64,000 nucleotides of DNA, taken from contig CAJTSV010000001.1 in the NCBI GenBank assembly GCA_910579075.1, forward strand, positions 11,304 through 75,303, given 5' to 3'. This document shows, one piece after another, positions 18,600 to 27,514 of this stretch. Origin of the DNA: an uncultured Eubacterium sp. (GTDB lineage Bacteria > Bacillota > Clostridia > Lachnospirales > Lachnospiraceae). Position numbers and translations under genes: made by a program. The notes beneath the pieces were generated by a model. That model was not told where the DNA came from. It saw only the letters and a program-made list of their open reading frames with translations, and did no database searches. Each line of letters begins with the position of its first letter. Position 1 is the stretch's first letter.

Positions 18600-19713
18600 A
18601 TATGATATCCTTTAAATGCTCTATAACATAATCCTGCTGATTATCTGTCAATTCTGCAAATAATGGCAGACTGATTATATGTTCGTATAGCTTTTCTGCT
18701 TCCTGACAGCAGATATGCTGATATCCATGTTCCTGATAATAAGGGTGCTGATAAACTGGTATATAATTTACATTTACCTGAATTCCGGCATTTCTCAATC
18801 TATCAAAGACTTTCTTTCTGTTCTGAACCTGTATCACATATAAATGCCAGCTGTTATTGCATCCTTTTTCCTGATATGGGCATGTAATGGCTTCGATATC
18901 GCGAAACGCATCCTCATATCGTTTTACCAGTTCCTTTCTTCTTATAATAAACTTGTCCAGTTTCCGCATCTGAGACACACCAAGCGCACACTGTATATCT
19001 GTAATCCGGTAATTATAACCTAAATCCACCTGCTGATAATACCAGCCGCCTTCATTTTTCGTCATCAGGCCTTCTTCTCGCGTAATCCCATGGCTGCGGA
19101 ATAATTTCAGCTTTTCGTACAGCTTCTTATCATTTGTAGTTATCATTCCGCCTTCTCCCGTTGTAATATGCTTTACCGGATGGAAACTGAATGTCGTCAT
19201 ATCTGAAATTGTCCCTATTTTTCTGCCTTTGTAATCAGCCCCCAGCGCATGTGCCGCATCCTCAATCACTGTAAGATGATGCTCTTTTGCAATTGCATGA
19301 ATCTCATCCATATCACATGGCTGGCCTGTATAATGCACTGCTATAATTGCTTTTGTTTTTTTTGTTATTTTTTTCCGGATATCTGACGGGTCAATATTAT
19401 AAGTATCTGGCCTGATATCAGCAAAAACAGGCATACCCCCGCAATACAGCACACAATTTGCAGATGCTGCAAAAGTCATCGGTGTTGTAATAACCTCATC
19501 TCCGTCCTTAATACCCGCTGCAAAACAGGCAGCATGTAATGCTGCCGTCCCATTCGCAATTGCAACTGCATATTTTGCACCAGTGTACTCACACACAGCT
19601 TTTTCAAATTCACAAACTGCCGGCCCTGTTGTAAGGTAATCACTTTGCAGTATTTCTGCTACTGCCTGTATATCATCCTCATCTATCCATTGCTTTCCAT
19701 ATGGTATAATCAT
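18592..19713 (-). CDS. pseC: UDP-4-amino-4,6-dideoxy-N-acetyl-beta-L-altrosamine transaminase
   Basis: N-terminal signature IPYGKQWIDEDDIQAV..LQSDYLTTGP, then FSFHPVKHITTGEGG. Sits among pse genes. Confidence 0.85.
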   Translation of the reverse strand: MIIPYGKQWIDEDDIQAVAEILQSDYLTTGPAVCEFEKAVCEYTGAKYAVAIANGTAALHAACFAAGIKDGDEVITTPMTFAASANCVLYCGGMPVFADIRPDTYNIDPSDIRKKITKKTKAIIAVHYTGQPCDMDEIHAIAKEHHLTVIEDAAHALGADYKGRKIGTISDMTTFSFHPVKHITTGEGGMITTNDKKLYEKLKLFRSHGITREEGLMTKNEGGWYYQQVDLGYNYRITDIQCALGVSQMRKLDKFIIRRKELVKRYEDAFRDIEAITCPYQEKGCNNSWHLYVIQVQNRKKVFDRLRNAGIQVNVNYIPVYQHPYYQEHGYQHICCQEAEKLYEHIISLPLFAELTDNQQDYVIEHLKDIIYE

Positions 19714-19800
19714 TCTCTGATACCTGCCTCTATGTTATATTCCTTTCTTTCACAATCATTGCATTTCTTGCCTTAGTGTCTTTGCATTTCATTTAACAAC

Positions 19801-20829
19801 TCAGTTATGTTTACTGTTACAATTCATCCCTATTAACTCTTTCGCAATTCTCGCCGCCCCGCCACCATCTACCAGTTCCTGCATTCCCCTGATGCGCTGT
19901 TCCCTTAGTTCATACTGCTGCTCATACTGTTCAAGCACCAATGCAGCTTTCTCAGATACATCCTCAAAACGTATATCTCCAAGATAATCCATTAATCCAT
20001 CCTGTGCAAACTGACGTACATTATCCAGCTGATTATCTGCAAAAGAATATGTTATCGTCGGTGTCCCACAGGCGCAAAGCTCATATAGTGTTGTTCCACC
20101 AGCGGATATTGCTGCATCTGCCCTCAGCATATAATCTTTTATGTCATTGACAGATTTATGAATATGAATATTTCTATTCTGGCCATATTCCCGACTCAGC
20201 TGTTCATAATCAGTGCAATATGTCCCGCAAATCACATCAACTGCCTTATATTTGCTGCAATTAAGCCTTTTCAGAAATTGTGGCAATATATGAAATTTAT
20301 CGCTGCCACCCGACATTAACAGAATATTTTCCAGCCGGCTTTTAACCTCATTTCTTTTCAGTCCATGAAAATCTTTTCTAAGGGGAACATACTGTGTTCC
20401 AAGCAAAAGTTTTGTTTCTTTATAGTTCTGACTATATTTAAATTTCTGCCAATAATTCGCATAACAAATCAGAATATGAACTGGATACACAAACGTATTT
20501 CTATCATCTATATATGCAGTTTTTGTCCATTTTGCCAAAGCCTGAAGGTAACTTTTTGTTACCATATAACTGTCTATCAGCAAGGCTTTAATTCTCTTTT
20601 CCTGAATTACCTGATACAATGCATCCAATTCAGAATCCATATCATCCCATTTTGTATGTAGCACGACAGCCTGATATCCTCTCTCCTGAATCAATCCAAG
20701 CGCCTCGCTGTCTGCCAGAATAAACGTAACATCCTCGCCCAGACTGGCCGCTGCATCCGCAATCGAAAGACATCTCATCATGTGTCCGGTAGCAATCGAC
20801 GGATTCATATCCGTTCTTATATATAACAT
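19801..20829 (-). CDS. pseG: UDP-2,4-diacetamido-2,4,6-trideoxy-beta-L-altropyranose hydrolase
   Basis: YIRTDMNPSIATGHMMRCLSIADA N-terminus and GT28/MurG-like C-terminus (SAGGTTLYELCACGTPTI). Neighbours are pseC and pseH. Confidence 0.75.
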   Translation of the reverse strand: MLYIRTDMNPSIATGHMMRCLSIADAAASLGEDVTFILADSEALGLIQERGYQAVVLHTKWDDMDSELDALYQVIQEKRIKALLIDSYMVTKSYLQALAKWTKTAYIDDRNTFVYPVHILICYANYWQKFKYSQNYKETKLLLGTQYVPLRKDFHGLKRNEVKSRLENILLMSGGSDKFHILPQFLKRLNCSKYKAVDVICGTYCTDYEQLSREYGQNRNIHIHKSVNDIKDYMLRADAAISAGGTTLYELCACGTPTITYSFADNQLDNVRQFAQDGLMDYLGDIRFEDVSEKAALVLEQYEQQYELREQRIRGMQELVDGGGAARIAKELIGMNCNSKHN

Positions 20830-20853
20830 GTTCTACCCTCAAAAAGTCTCTAT

Positions 20854-21543
20854 TTAAGAAAAAATCTCCATTCTATAATATTGCTCTTTATATCCCATTT
20901 CAATGTTTTTATATCTTCTAAGAAAATCTCCTATATTATCATTCCAGCTAAATTTTATTTTTTCTTTCAGCATATCCAGTTCTTTTTTGACATGACAGCT
21001 TCCTTTTCCTGCCTGCTCTGTTAATGAATAACAGCCATCTTTCATTTCATCCCATTTTTCCTTCATTAATTCCACAATTTCTTTATTCAATTTGTCATAA
21101 GTGGTCTGTAATGTTTCCTTCTCAATGTCAAAAAAACACTGTTTTTGATACAATATTTTTCCAGTATCGAGTCCTTCATTTACCTGATGTATGGTTACTC
21201 CTTTTGGCGTGTCATCAATAAAACTCCATATATTTGGATTGGAACCGCGATTCCATGGCAGAAATGAAATGTGGAGGTTCCAGATTCTCCCATTCATATA
21301 TTCTATCAGTTCTCTGCTAATCAGGTATTTATAATTATAGCTGATAATAAAATCCGGCTTCAGATTCTGCAACTGGCACATCAGCAAGCGTTCACTATAT
21401 ATATGAACTGTTTCACGCTGTTTCAGCCAATGATACAAATCCAGAGAGTTACTGTTATTCGTTAAAAATAATACCCCCCCCCGAATTTGTTTCCAGTGTT
21501 TTAGATATAGCGCCACAGGCATCTGTTTCAATTTCATATACAT
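20854..21543 (-). CDS. formyltransferase-family domain protein; its own start is doubtful and it may be the C-terminal half of a GNAT-formyltransferase fusion
   Basis: Formyl_trans_N-like pattern: VLFLTNNSNSLDLYHWL, FIISYNYKYLI, NLHISFLPWNRG, HQVNEGLDTG. All in-frame ATGs lie inside the upstream GNAT gene and lack an RBS. Confidence 0.6.
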   Translation of the reverse strand: MYMKLKQMPVALYLKHWKQIRGGVLFLTNNSNSLDLYHWLKQRETVHIYSERLLMCQLQNLKPDFIISYNYKYLISRELIEYMNGRIWNLHISFLPWNRGSNPNIWSFIDDTPKGVTIHQVNEGLDTGKILYQKQCFFDIEKETLQTTYDKLNKEIVELMKEKWDEMKDGCYSLTEQAGKGSCHVKKELDMLKEKIKFSWNDNIGDFLRRYKNIEMGYKEQYYRMEIFS

Positions 21544-21952
21544 TGCATTTGTACGTATATCCTGTATCTAAAAACACTTTTTGGGAAGCGATATTATCCG
21601 GTTTCACTTTTGCAATCAGTTTCTTTACTCCTGGAAAATCCTTCTGTACCTGTACTTGAAGAAGCCCAACCATTTCTTTGGCATACCCCATGCACCTTTT
21701 TTCAACACAGATACTGTAACTAATCTCAGCTGTATCTCCACTGACAGTAATTCGTATCTGTCCAACTGGTTCATCTTCCATATAAATATACTGTTTCGCA
21801 TCCTTGCGCACCAGCATATTGTCAAACCACTTTATGTGCTCCTCATATGTTATCTCCGCAGAGGAAAATGCATTTTTCCTGACAGTACTTTCATTTGCCC
21901 AATGAAATAATAAATCCGCGTCTTCCTGTACGGCATCTCTCAAATAACCCAT
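21455..21952 (-). CDS. pseH: GNAT N-acetyltransferase, PseH-like
   Basis: GNAT fold (DLLFHWANESTVRKNAF, CVEKRCMGYAKEMV). Located between the Pse-associated methylase and pseG. Ends 6 codons after a G9 tract. Confidence 0.6.
   Translation of the reverse strand: MGYLRDAVQEDADLLFHWANESTVRKNAFSSAEITYEEHIKWFDNMLVRKDAKQYIYMEDEPVGQIRITVSGDTAEISYSICVEKRCMGYAKEMVGLLQVQVQKDFPGVKKLIAKVKPDNIASQKVFLDTGYTYKCNVYEIETDACGAISKTLETNSGGGIIFNE
21474..21482 (-). repeat. poly-C(9) on plus strand / poly-G(9) on the coding strand
   Basis: Read directly: aata-ccccccccc-gaattt. Confidence 0.95.
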
Positions 21953-22028
21953 AACGTAATCTCCAGTTTCTATTTCATCCTGTCCAGTCTTTCCGAATCA
22001 GCGGCATGCCCTTGCTGCTCTCACTGGC

Positions 22029-22658
22029 TTATCTTTTTTCAAGCAGGAACCAGGTAGAATCGTCCTGTGGGAAATGATAATCCCTGTGATAATTAAATTT
22101 ATAATCAACAAGTGCTGTATCTGGGTATTTATCCATAAATTCACCCGCAAAATCGCGCTTAAAAAGCCTGTCCGAATTACCGCGGTATTGTACCGTAACC
22201 GGAGTCGGGTTATAATATTCTGCAATACAGATATACCGTTTGGAAGATTCATATAATTTACGATAAACCTCCTGCAGTTCATCCGGATTTATATGAATTA
22301 ACACCCCTTTTATCAGTACAAAATCAAACTGCTTTTCTGGTTCATATTCTAATATAGACTGTTCATATACCTGTATCTCATGGTTAAAAAATGCATCATT
22401 CTTTAAAATCTCAGCTGCTTTATGGTTAATCTCAATCGCAGAACATGCAATTTGTGGAACCAATGTTTTAATAGCTTTTAAATTCATTCCAATATTAGAA
22501 CCAAATTCTATGACTGAATCTATTTTATTCATTCTCTGAATAATTTCTGAAAAAACACCAATATTACCTGCCAGCAGCTGTGTACTGTCGTTTCTTTCAA
22601 TATATGCATCTCCAAATTCGCCACTCCAAAATTCTTCCTGTTCTGTTTTATATGCCAT
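22029..22658 (-). CDS. pseudaminic acid biosynthesis-associated methylase
   Basis: The N-terminus (EEFWSGEFGDAYIERN) and SAM motif (VIEFGSNIGMNL) fit that family as I remember it. Adjacent to pseB. Confidence 0.65.
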   Translation of the reverse strand: MAYKTEQEEFWSGEFGDAYIERNDSTQLLAGNIGVFSEIIQRMNKIDSVIEFGSNIGMNLKAIKTLVPQIACSAIEINHKAAEILKNDAFFNHEIQVYEQSILEYEPEKQFDFVLIKGVLIHINPDELQEVYRKLYESSKRYICIAEYYNPTPVTVQYRGNSDRLFKRDFAGEFMDKYPDTALVDYKFNYHRDYHFPQDDSTWFLLEKR

Positions 22659-22790
22659 TTTTCATTCTCCTTTATAACCTGTCCATATTGAATTATATTC
22701 TGCTTGTTTTAACTTTTTATATTTGAATAGTTCCTTTTCGTAATTGCCTGCATTTCACTTCACAACGTATACAGGTTAATTTGTCCATTT

Positions 22791-23786
22791 TCAATGGTTC
22801 AAATCCATATTGGCAAGCAGTCCCTGAAGCTGTTCTACACTCAGCCATTCTGTATTTGTTCCTGAACTATATTCAAAACCATCCTCTACTTTTTTTCCGC
22901 CCGGAATAATCCGGTCTTCTCCCCACCAGTTATAATGCGGATATACAATATAATGCTTCTCATATTCATAAGTCATAGCAGAATCTTCCCGCGTAACCAT
23001 TACCTCGTGCAGCTTTTCACCTTCACGGATTCCCACCTCCGGCATCTCGCATCCTGGCTGAATCGCCTGGGCCAAATCCGTAATTTTAAAAGAAGGTATT
23101 TTGGATATAAACGTTTCCCCGCCCCGTGCTTCTTCCAAAGCTTTGATAACAAGCCGGACTCCTTCTGCCAGGCTAATCCAGAATCTTGTCATACGGTAAT
23201 CTGTAATTGGCAGTTTATCCCCGCCATTTTTTACGATGTTCTGAAAAAATGGGATGACAGACCCACGGCTCCCTGCTACGTTTCCATACCGGACAATAGA
23301 GAACCGTACATCTTTGGTACCGGAATAAGCATTTGCTGCTACAAATAATTTGTCGGATACAAGCTTCGTGCCGCCATAAAGATTAATCGGATTCACGGCC
23401 TTATCCGTAGAAAGTGCTACTACGCGCTTTACCCCGCAATCCAGTGCTGCATCTGCAATATTCATTGCTCCATTAATATTTGTTTTAACCGCTTCCATTG
23501 GATTATATTCACATGCCGGCACCTGCTTTAATGCTGCTGCATGTATTACATAATCTACACCGTCAAATGCACGATACAAACGTTCCTTATCCCTCACATC
23601 TCCGATAAAAAAACGTAGTTTATCTTTATACTGATTAAATTTTCCCGCCATATGAAACTGCTTAAATTCATCTCTGGAATAGATAATAATTTTTCGAGGG
23701 TTGTAATTTGACAACGCATATTCTGTAAATGCGTTTCCAAATGAACCTGTCCCACCAGTTACTAATATTGTTTTTCCGTTTAACAT
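22791..23786 (-). CDS. pseB: UDP-N-acetylglucosamine 4,6-dehydratase (inverting)
   Basis: ILVTGGTGSFGNAF, YSRDEFKQ, HAAALKQVP, STDKAVNPINLYGGTKL. 331 aa. Confidence 0.9.
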   Translation of the reverse strand: MLNGKTILVTGGTGSFGNAFTEYALSNYNPRKIIIYSRDEFKQFHMAGKFNQYKDKLRFFIGDVRDKERLYRAFDGVDYVIHAAALKQVPACEYNPMEAVKTNINGAMNIADAALDCGVKRVVALSTDKAVNPINLYGGTKLVSDKLFVAANAYSGTKDVRFSIVRYGNVAGSRGSVIPFFQNIVKNGGDKLPITDYRMTRFWISLAEGVRLVIKALEEARGGETFISKIPSFKITDLAQAIQPGCEMPEVGIREGEKLHEVMVTREDSAMTYEYEKHYIVYPHYNWWGEDRIIPGGKKVEDGFEYSSGTNTEWLSVEQLQGLLANMDLNH

Positions 23787-23804
23787 CTTAATGCCTCCTG
23801 TTAA

Positions 23805-25661
23805 TTAATGAATTTCAAGCAGTGTTTCTTCTGCAAATTCTTTGAGTATCTGTGCACACTGCTGCAGCAGTTTTGCATACTTCATGCCCTGTTTTGATAT
23901 GGCTTTTCCTTCTTCTTCAATCGAATCCAGTGAAAACAGGCTTTCACTTTTGACAATAAGTTCACCAACCGTCATTGTCGAAGACACAATCTGGTACATA
24001 CTGTTTCTTTCGCACGTTTTTGTCATTTTCTTAACTTTTTTTAACAGTTTTTCATAATCTGCCCGGTTCATGTTTCTGGCCCTGCACATTAAATTTATCT
24101 TGTGGTAAGCGGTATAGAGCTTTTTCGCATCACGGTAAATATATGCGAACTGCTCTGGAATCGAATGCAGATATTCTACAACTTTATCACGTTCATCATT
24201 TATAAATTCTGGTTTTACATTTTGAATACATTCCTCAAAATTAATTTCTTCCTTTGGACACGTTGCTTCAATTGCATCACGCAGAGGCATTACCTCTGTT
24301 CCTTCAATATATGCTCCCCCAGCCGTTGCATTAATCACCCTGACATTTGGCCGGTGTTCTTTCATCCCTTTAATATGTGCTTCAAACCACTCTAAATACA
24401 TTTTCAAATTGCCAAGTGTTGGCAGTTCTTCTTCGTAATTTCCTTTTACCCGTATCATTCCATCTGTATTTTCTTCTGGCATTACATCTTTAAACGTGCC
24501 GTCTGCGTGAGAACGGTTATCTGTATATGCCAAATCCTGTCCTACCAGAATAATCGTATCAAATCCCATTTTATAGAGCAGTGAAAGACAAGTACATGCA
24601 ACAGACCCGCCGCTTGACAGAGATGGCAGTATCCTTCCAATAGCTGTATATGCATAATAAGCTAAGACATGACCGTCTGAATAAAAAAATTTCTTTCCCC
24701 TCTGTTCTTGCAGAATATCTGAATTAGCAGTAGCAGACGCAATAATTGGAATGTCTTTCGCCTCATCTGCCTGAACCAAATCCAGCGGTTTCATAGGATC
24801 AATTGTACAGAATGCATCAGGATGGATTCCCGCTCGAAGCAGTGGCTTCATCGCTGTATCGACTGCAAGGATAAAAGCCCTGTTTTTTGCTGCCTTCAGC
24901 TCCTGTATATTTTTATTTAAAGAAGGACCAGCTGCCACCAAAATTGCGGGCCTGTCATGAGGTACTGTCTGCATCAGGCATTTTACATGATATCCTTCAC
25001 ATAAATATTTCATATTTGCCATCTGGTTACGCGCCATATAAGTCGAAAAATTAACGCCTGTCATCTGATTTGAGACTACAAATTCTTCTCTTTTCTGAAT
25101 CAGCTTTGTTTTTTCAAACACTTTATCATAAAACAGTTCCTGGTAATTCGGATGAATTACCACTTTTAAGAACATCCTGTTTTCAAAAGACAATATTCTA
25201 CGGCATGCTGTGTCAAATGCAGCCTCATTCAACCCTTCCACTACAAAAATAATCGGACGATTTTCTATTTCACTGGATAAATCTACTTCGTTCAGCATTT
25301 GAAGAAAAATGGAAAGAGATGGCTCATATACAACAACAGCAACCGTCTTGTCCGATTCTTTTATCAGACGTTTTAAGTATATCCCGCTGCCTGTTCCAAG
25401 CAAAAAAACAGGAGCATATTTATGAATTTCTCCGAGATGCTCCATCCAGATATCTGCCGGTTCCCTGGCATTTCTTTTCCCATTCAGATACAAAAGACGT
25501 TCTCCCTGTTTCACCCGGAAAATTAATTCCCCATCCTGAGAAACCTCTTTTATAATTTCTAATTCATCTAATTTATAATCACCATTTCTCAGCTGTTCTG
25601 CAAACGCTGGATACCATTTTTCCATTGCCATTAAATTGCCATCCAATATTTCTTTACTCAT
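23805..25661 (-). CDS. maf: motility accessory factor (Maf, DUF115/MptE-like) putative flagellin pseudaminyl transferase
   Basis: Core AILVAAGPSLNKNIQELKAAKNRAFILAVDTAMKPLLRAGIHPDAFCTIDP. I prefer the start at 25661 (GGGGTGGA RBS; the ATG overlaps the upstream stop as ATGAGTAA). The ORF track starts at 25682. Confidence 0.8.
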   Translation of the reverse strand: MSKEILDGNLMAMEKWYPAFAEQLRNGDYKLDELEIIKEVSQDGELIFRVKQGERLLYLNGKRNAREPADIWMEHLGEIHKYAPVFLLGTGSGIYLKRLIKESDKTVAVVVYEPSLSIFLQMLNEVDLSSEIENRPIIFVVEGLNEAAFDTACRRILSFENRMFLKVVIHPNYQELFYDKVFEKTKLIQKREEFVVSNQMTGVNFSTYMARNQMANMKYLCEGYHVKCLMQTVPHDRPAILVAAGPSLNKNIQELKAAKNRAFILAVDTAMKPLLRAGIHPDAFCTIDPMKPLDLVQADEAKDIPIIASATANSDILQEQRGKKFFYSDGHVLAYYAYTAIGRILPSLSSGGSVACTCLSLLYKMGFDTIILVGQDLAYTDNRSHADGTFKDVMPEENTDGMIRVKGNYEEELPTLGNLKMYLEWFEAHIKGMKEHRPNVRVINATAGGAYIEGTEVMPLRDAIEATCPKEEINFEECIQNVKPEFINDERDKVVEYLHSIPEQFAYIYRDAKKLYTAYHKINLMCRARNMNRADYEKLLKKVKKMTKTCERNSMYQIVSSTMTVGELIVKSESLFSLDSIEEEGKAISKQGMKYAKLLQQCAQILKEFAEETLLEIH

Positions 25662-25992
25662 TCTTTGCATCCACCCCGTCATTTTCTTCTGTGATGAATA
25701 TATCCAACAATTCCCTCAAACCAAAGTCCAGCGTATCTATCATAAGCACCAAGTCTCTCTGACGCACTGCTTCCATGTAATCATTTAGAACATGCAGTAT
25801 ATAGTCCTGCAAACCTCTGCTTTCTTCCGTCTGCTCGCCCTCACTGATTCCCTGTATCATGGCAGAAGCAAACTGCTGAATCTGTCCTGCCAGTTTTTCT
25901 CCCTCCGTAACTGCGTCAAATTTATGCAGAAAATAATAATTAATGCAAATTATTCCGATTTTATCAGCCAGATTTTTTGCCAATACTTCCAT
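25654..25992 (-). CDS. hypothetical small acidic protein (112 aa), translationally coupled to maf
   Basis: First ORF after the fliC terminator. Its stop overlaps the maf start. Confidence 0.5.
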   Translation of the reverse strand: MEVLAKNLADKIGIICINYYFLHKFDAVTEGEKLAGQIQQFASAMIQGISEGEQTEESRGLQDYILHVLNDYMEAVRQRDLVLMIDTLDFGLRELLDIFITEENDGVDAKNE

Positions 25993-26023
25993 ATATTACA
26001 GCTCCCGCTTTTCATCTTTTATT

Positions 26024-26057
26024 CAAAAAAACAGAGGTACGATACCTCGTACCTCTG
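26024..26057 (-). terminator. rho-independent terminator of the flagellin gene
   Basis: Perfect 11-bp stem cagaggtacga/tcgtacctctg with a 4-nt loop. On the minus strand it is followed by TTTTTTT. Confidence 0.8.
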
Positions 26058-26096
26058 CAATTTTGTATTCCAATTCTATTTAACAGTATAATCAGA

Positions 26097-27299
26097 TTAC
26101 CCTAACAGAGATAATACGCCCTGTGTACTCTGATTAGCCTGTGCAAGCATTGACTGTCCAGCCTGTGCAAGAATATTATTCTTGCTGTACTCAACCATTT
26201 CAGAAGCCATATCTGTATCACGAATACGGGATTCTGCTGACTGTGTATTCTCAGCTACGTTATCAAGGTTTGCAATTGTATGCTCTAATCTGTTCTGGAT
26301 AGCACCAAGTGCTGACCTCTGGGAAGACACCTTGTTAATAGCATCCTGAATAGCATCAATAGAAGCGTTTGCAACCTGATAGTTATCTACGCCAACCATA
26401 CCTTTTGCAGTATATCCGCTCAACTGCACACCAGATGTAACCTTTGTCTCAAGGAAATCTGCAAAATTTGTTTTCAGGTCTTCTTCTGCCTTATCCATAG
26501 CAATGCTGAAATCTGCTGCTGCAACACTTGCTGATGTTCCAAATCTCTGGTTTGTCAGTTTGCCAATAAAATATACACTGCCTGTATCTGTATCAAACTG
26601 TGCAGCGTAAGTAGAAGCACGGTAAATAGAAGTGCCAAAGCGAAGGCTGATGCTTCCTAAAACTGCAGATATATTAGCACCTTTAGACAAACCTGTACTA
26701 TATATATGACTGGTACCTTTATACCTAACAACAGTAGGACCATTGCCATGCTGAATATCGCCTGCATACTCTTTATTAATTGTCTTTAATCCCAATGTCT
26801 GAGCATTCATGTTGCCGATACTGATACGAATCTTCTGATTTGAGTTTGCGCCAACCTGAAGGTTCTTGTTTGTAAATGTACCATCCAGCAAGTTCTGCTT
26901 ATTGAACTGTGTTGTCTGAGAAATTCTGTCTAATTCAGCTGTTAAAGCAGATAACTCCTGATTAATAGCATCGCGGTCGATTTCTTCGTTTGTATCGTTA
27001 GCACCCTGAACTGCCAGTTCATTCATACGCTGTAAGATAGAATGAGCTTCATTTAAAGCACCTTCAGCTGTCTGGATAAGAGATACACCATCCTGTGCAT
27101 TGGAAGAAGCTTTGTTTAAGCCGCGAACCTGGCTTCTCATTTTTTCAGAAATCTTTAAGCCTGCTGCATCATCGCCCGCACGGTTGATTCTGTAACCAGA
27201 AGATAACTTTTCAGAAGATTTAGCCTGTGAACCAGTTGTAACGCCTAACTGACGGTTAGCGTTCATAGCTGTGAGATTATGCTGTACTACCATTGCCAT
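26097..27299 (-). CDS. fliC: flagellin
   Basis: MAMVVQHNLTAMNANRQLG..SSEKLSSGYRINRAGDDAAGL..SLIQTAEGAL N-terminus. C-terminus is ..NILAQAGQSMLAQANQSTQGVLSLLG. The central region is S/T-rich. Confidence 0.95.
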   Translation of the reverse strand: MAMVVQHNLTAMNANRQLGVTTGSQAKSSEKLSSGYRINRAGDDAAGLKISEKMRSQVRGLNKASSNAQDGVSLIQTAEGALNEAHSILQRMNELAVQGANDTNEEIDRDAINQELSALTAELDRISQTTQFNKQNLLDGTFTNKNLQVGANSNQKIRISIGNMNAQTLGLKTINKEYAGDIQHGNGPTVVRYKGTSHIYSTGLSKGANISAVLGSISLRFGTSIYRASTYAAQFDTDTGSVYFIGKLTNQRFGTSASVAAADFSIAMDKAEEDLKTNFADFLETKVTSGVQLSGYTAKGMVGVDNYQVANASIDAIQDAINKVSSQRSALGAIQNRLEHTIANLDNVAENTQSAESRIRDTDMASEMVEYSKNNILAQAGQSMLAQANQSTQGVLSLLG

Positions 27300-27307
27300 A
27301 ATAATTT

Positions 27308-27339
27308 TCCTCCTTGAATTTACTGCATCGTCCCTGATG
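27308..27339 (-). promoter_or_regulatory. fliC leader: hairpin presenting AGGGA in its loop, plus a GGAGG Shine-Dalgarno (putative CsrA binding sites)
   Basis: Minus-strand text gcatcAGGGAcgatgc (27324..27339), about 10 nt upstream of caAGGAGGa. fliW and csrA are encoded in the same window. Confidence 0.5.
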
Positions 27340-27435
27340 CAAATTTGTTATTTTGATTTCGATAGAACTCTGGCAAGCCGTACGCACCTGTCTGAAATCC
27401 TATCATTTTAAGTAATGTTGTTTTACTTGTATTAT

Positions 27436-27462
27436 ATATCGGACGCATGGGCAGATACTTTA
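27436..27462 (-). promoter_or_regulatory. sigma-28 (SigD/FliA)-type promoter of fliC
   Basis: Minus strand reads TAAA-16 nt-CCGATAT, about 135 nt upstream of the ATG. Confidence 0.7.
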
Positions 27463-27514
27463 TAGCCATCTTAAAATTTTTTAAAGGTTTTATTTAGTCT
27501 CCTGCCAGCTTCTG

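Noticed and set aside
21998-22282. 94-aa minus-strand ORF
   Set aside because: It overlaps the 3' half of the Pse-associated methylase in another frame and has no independent support.
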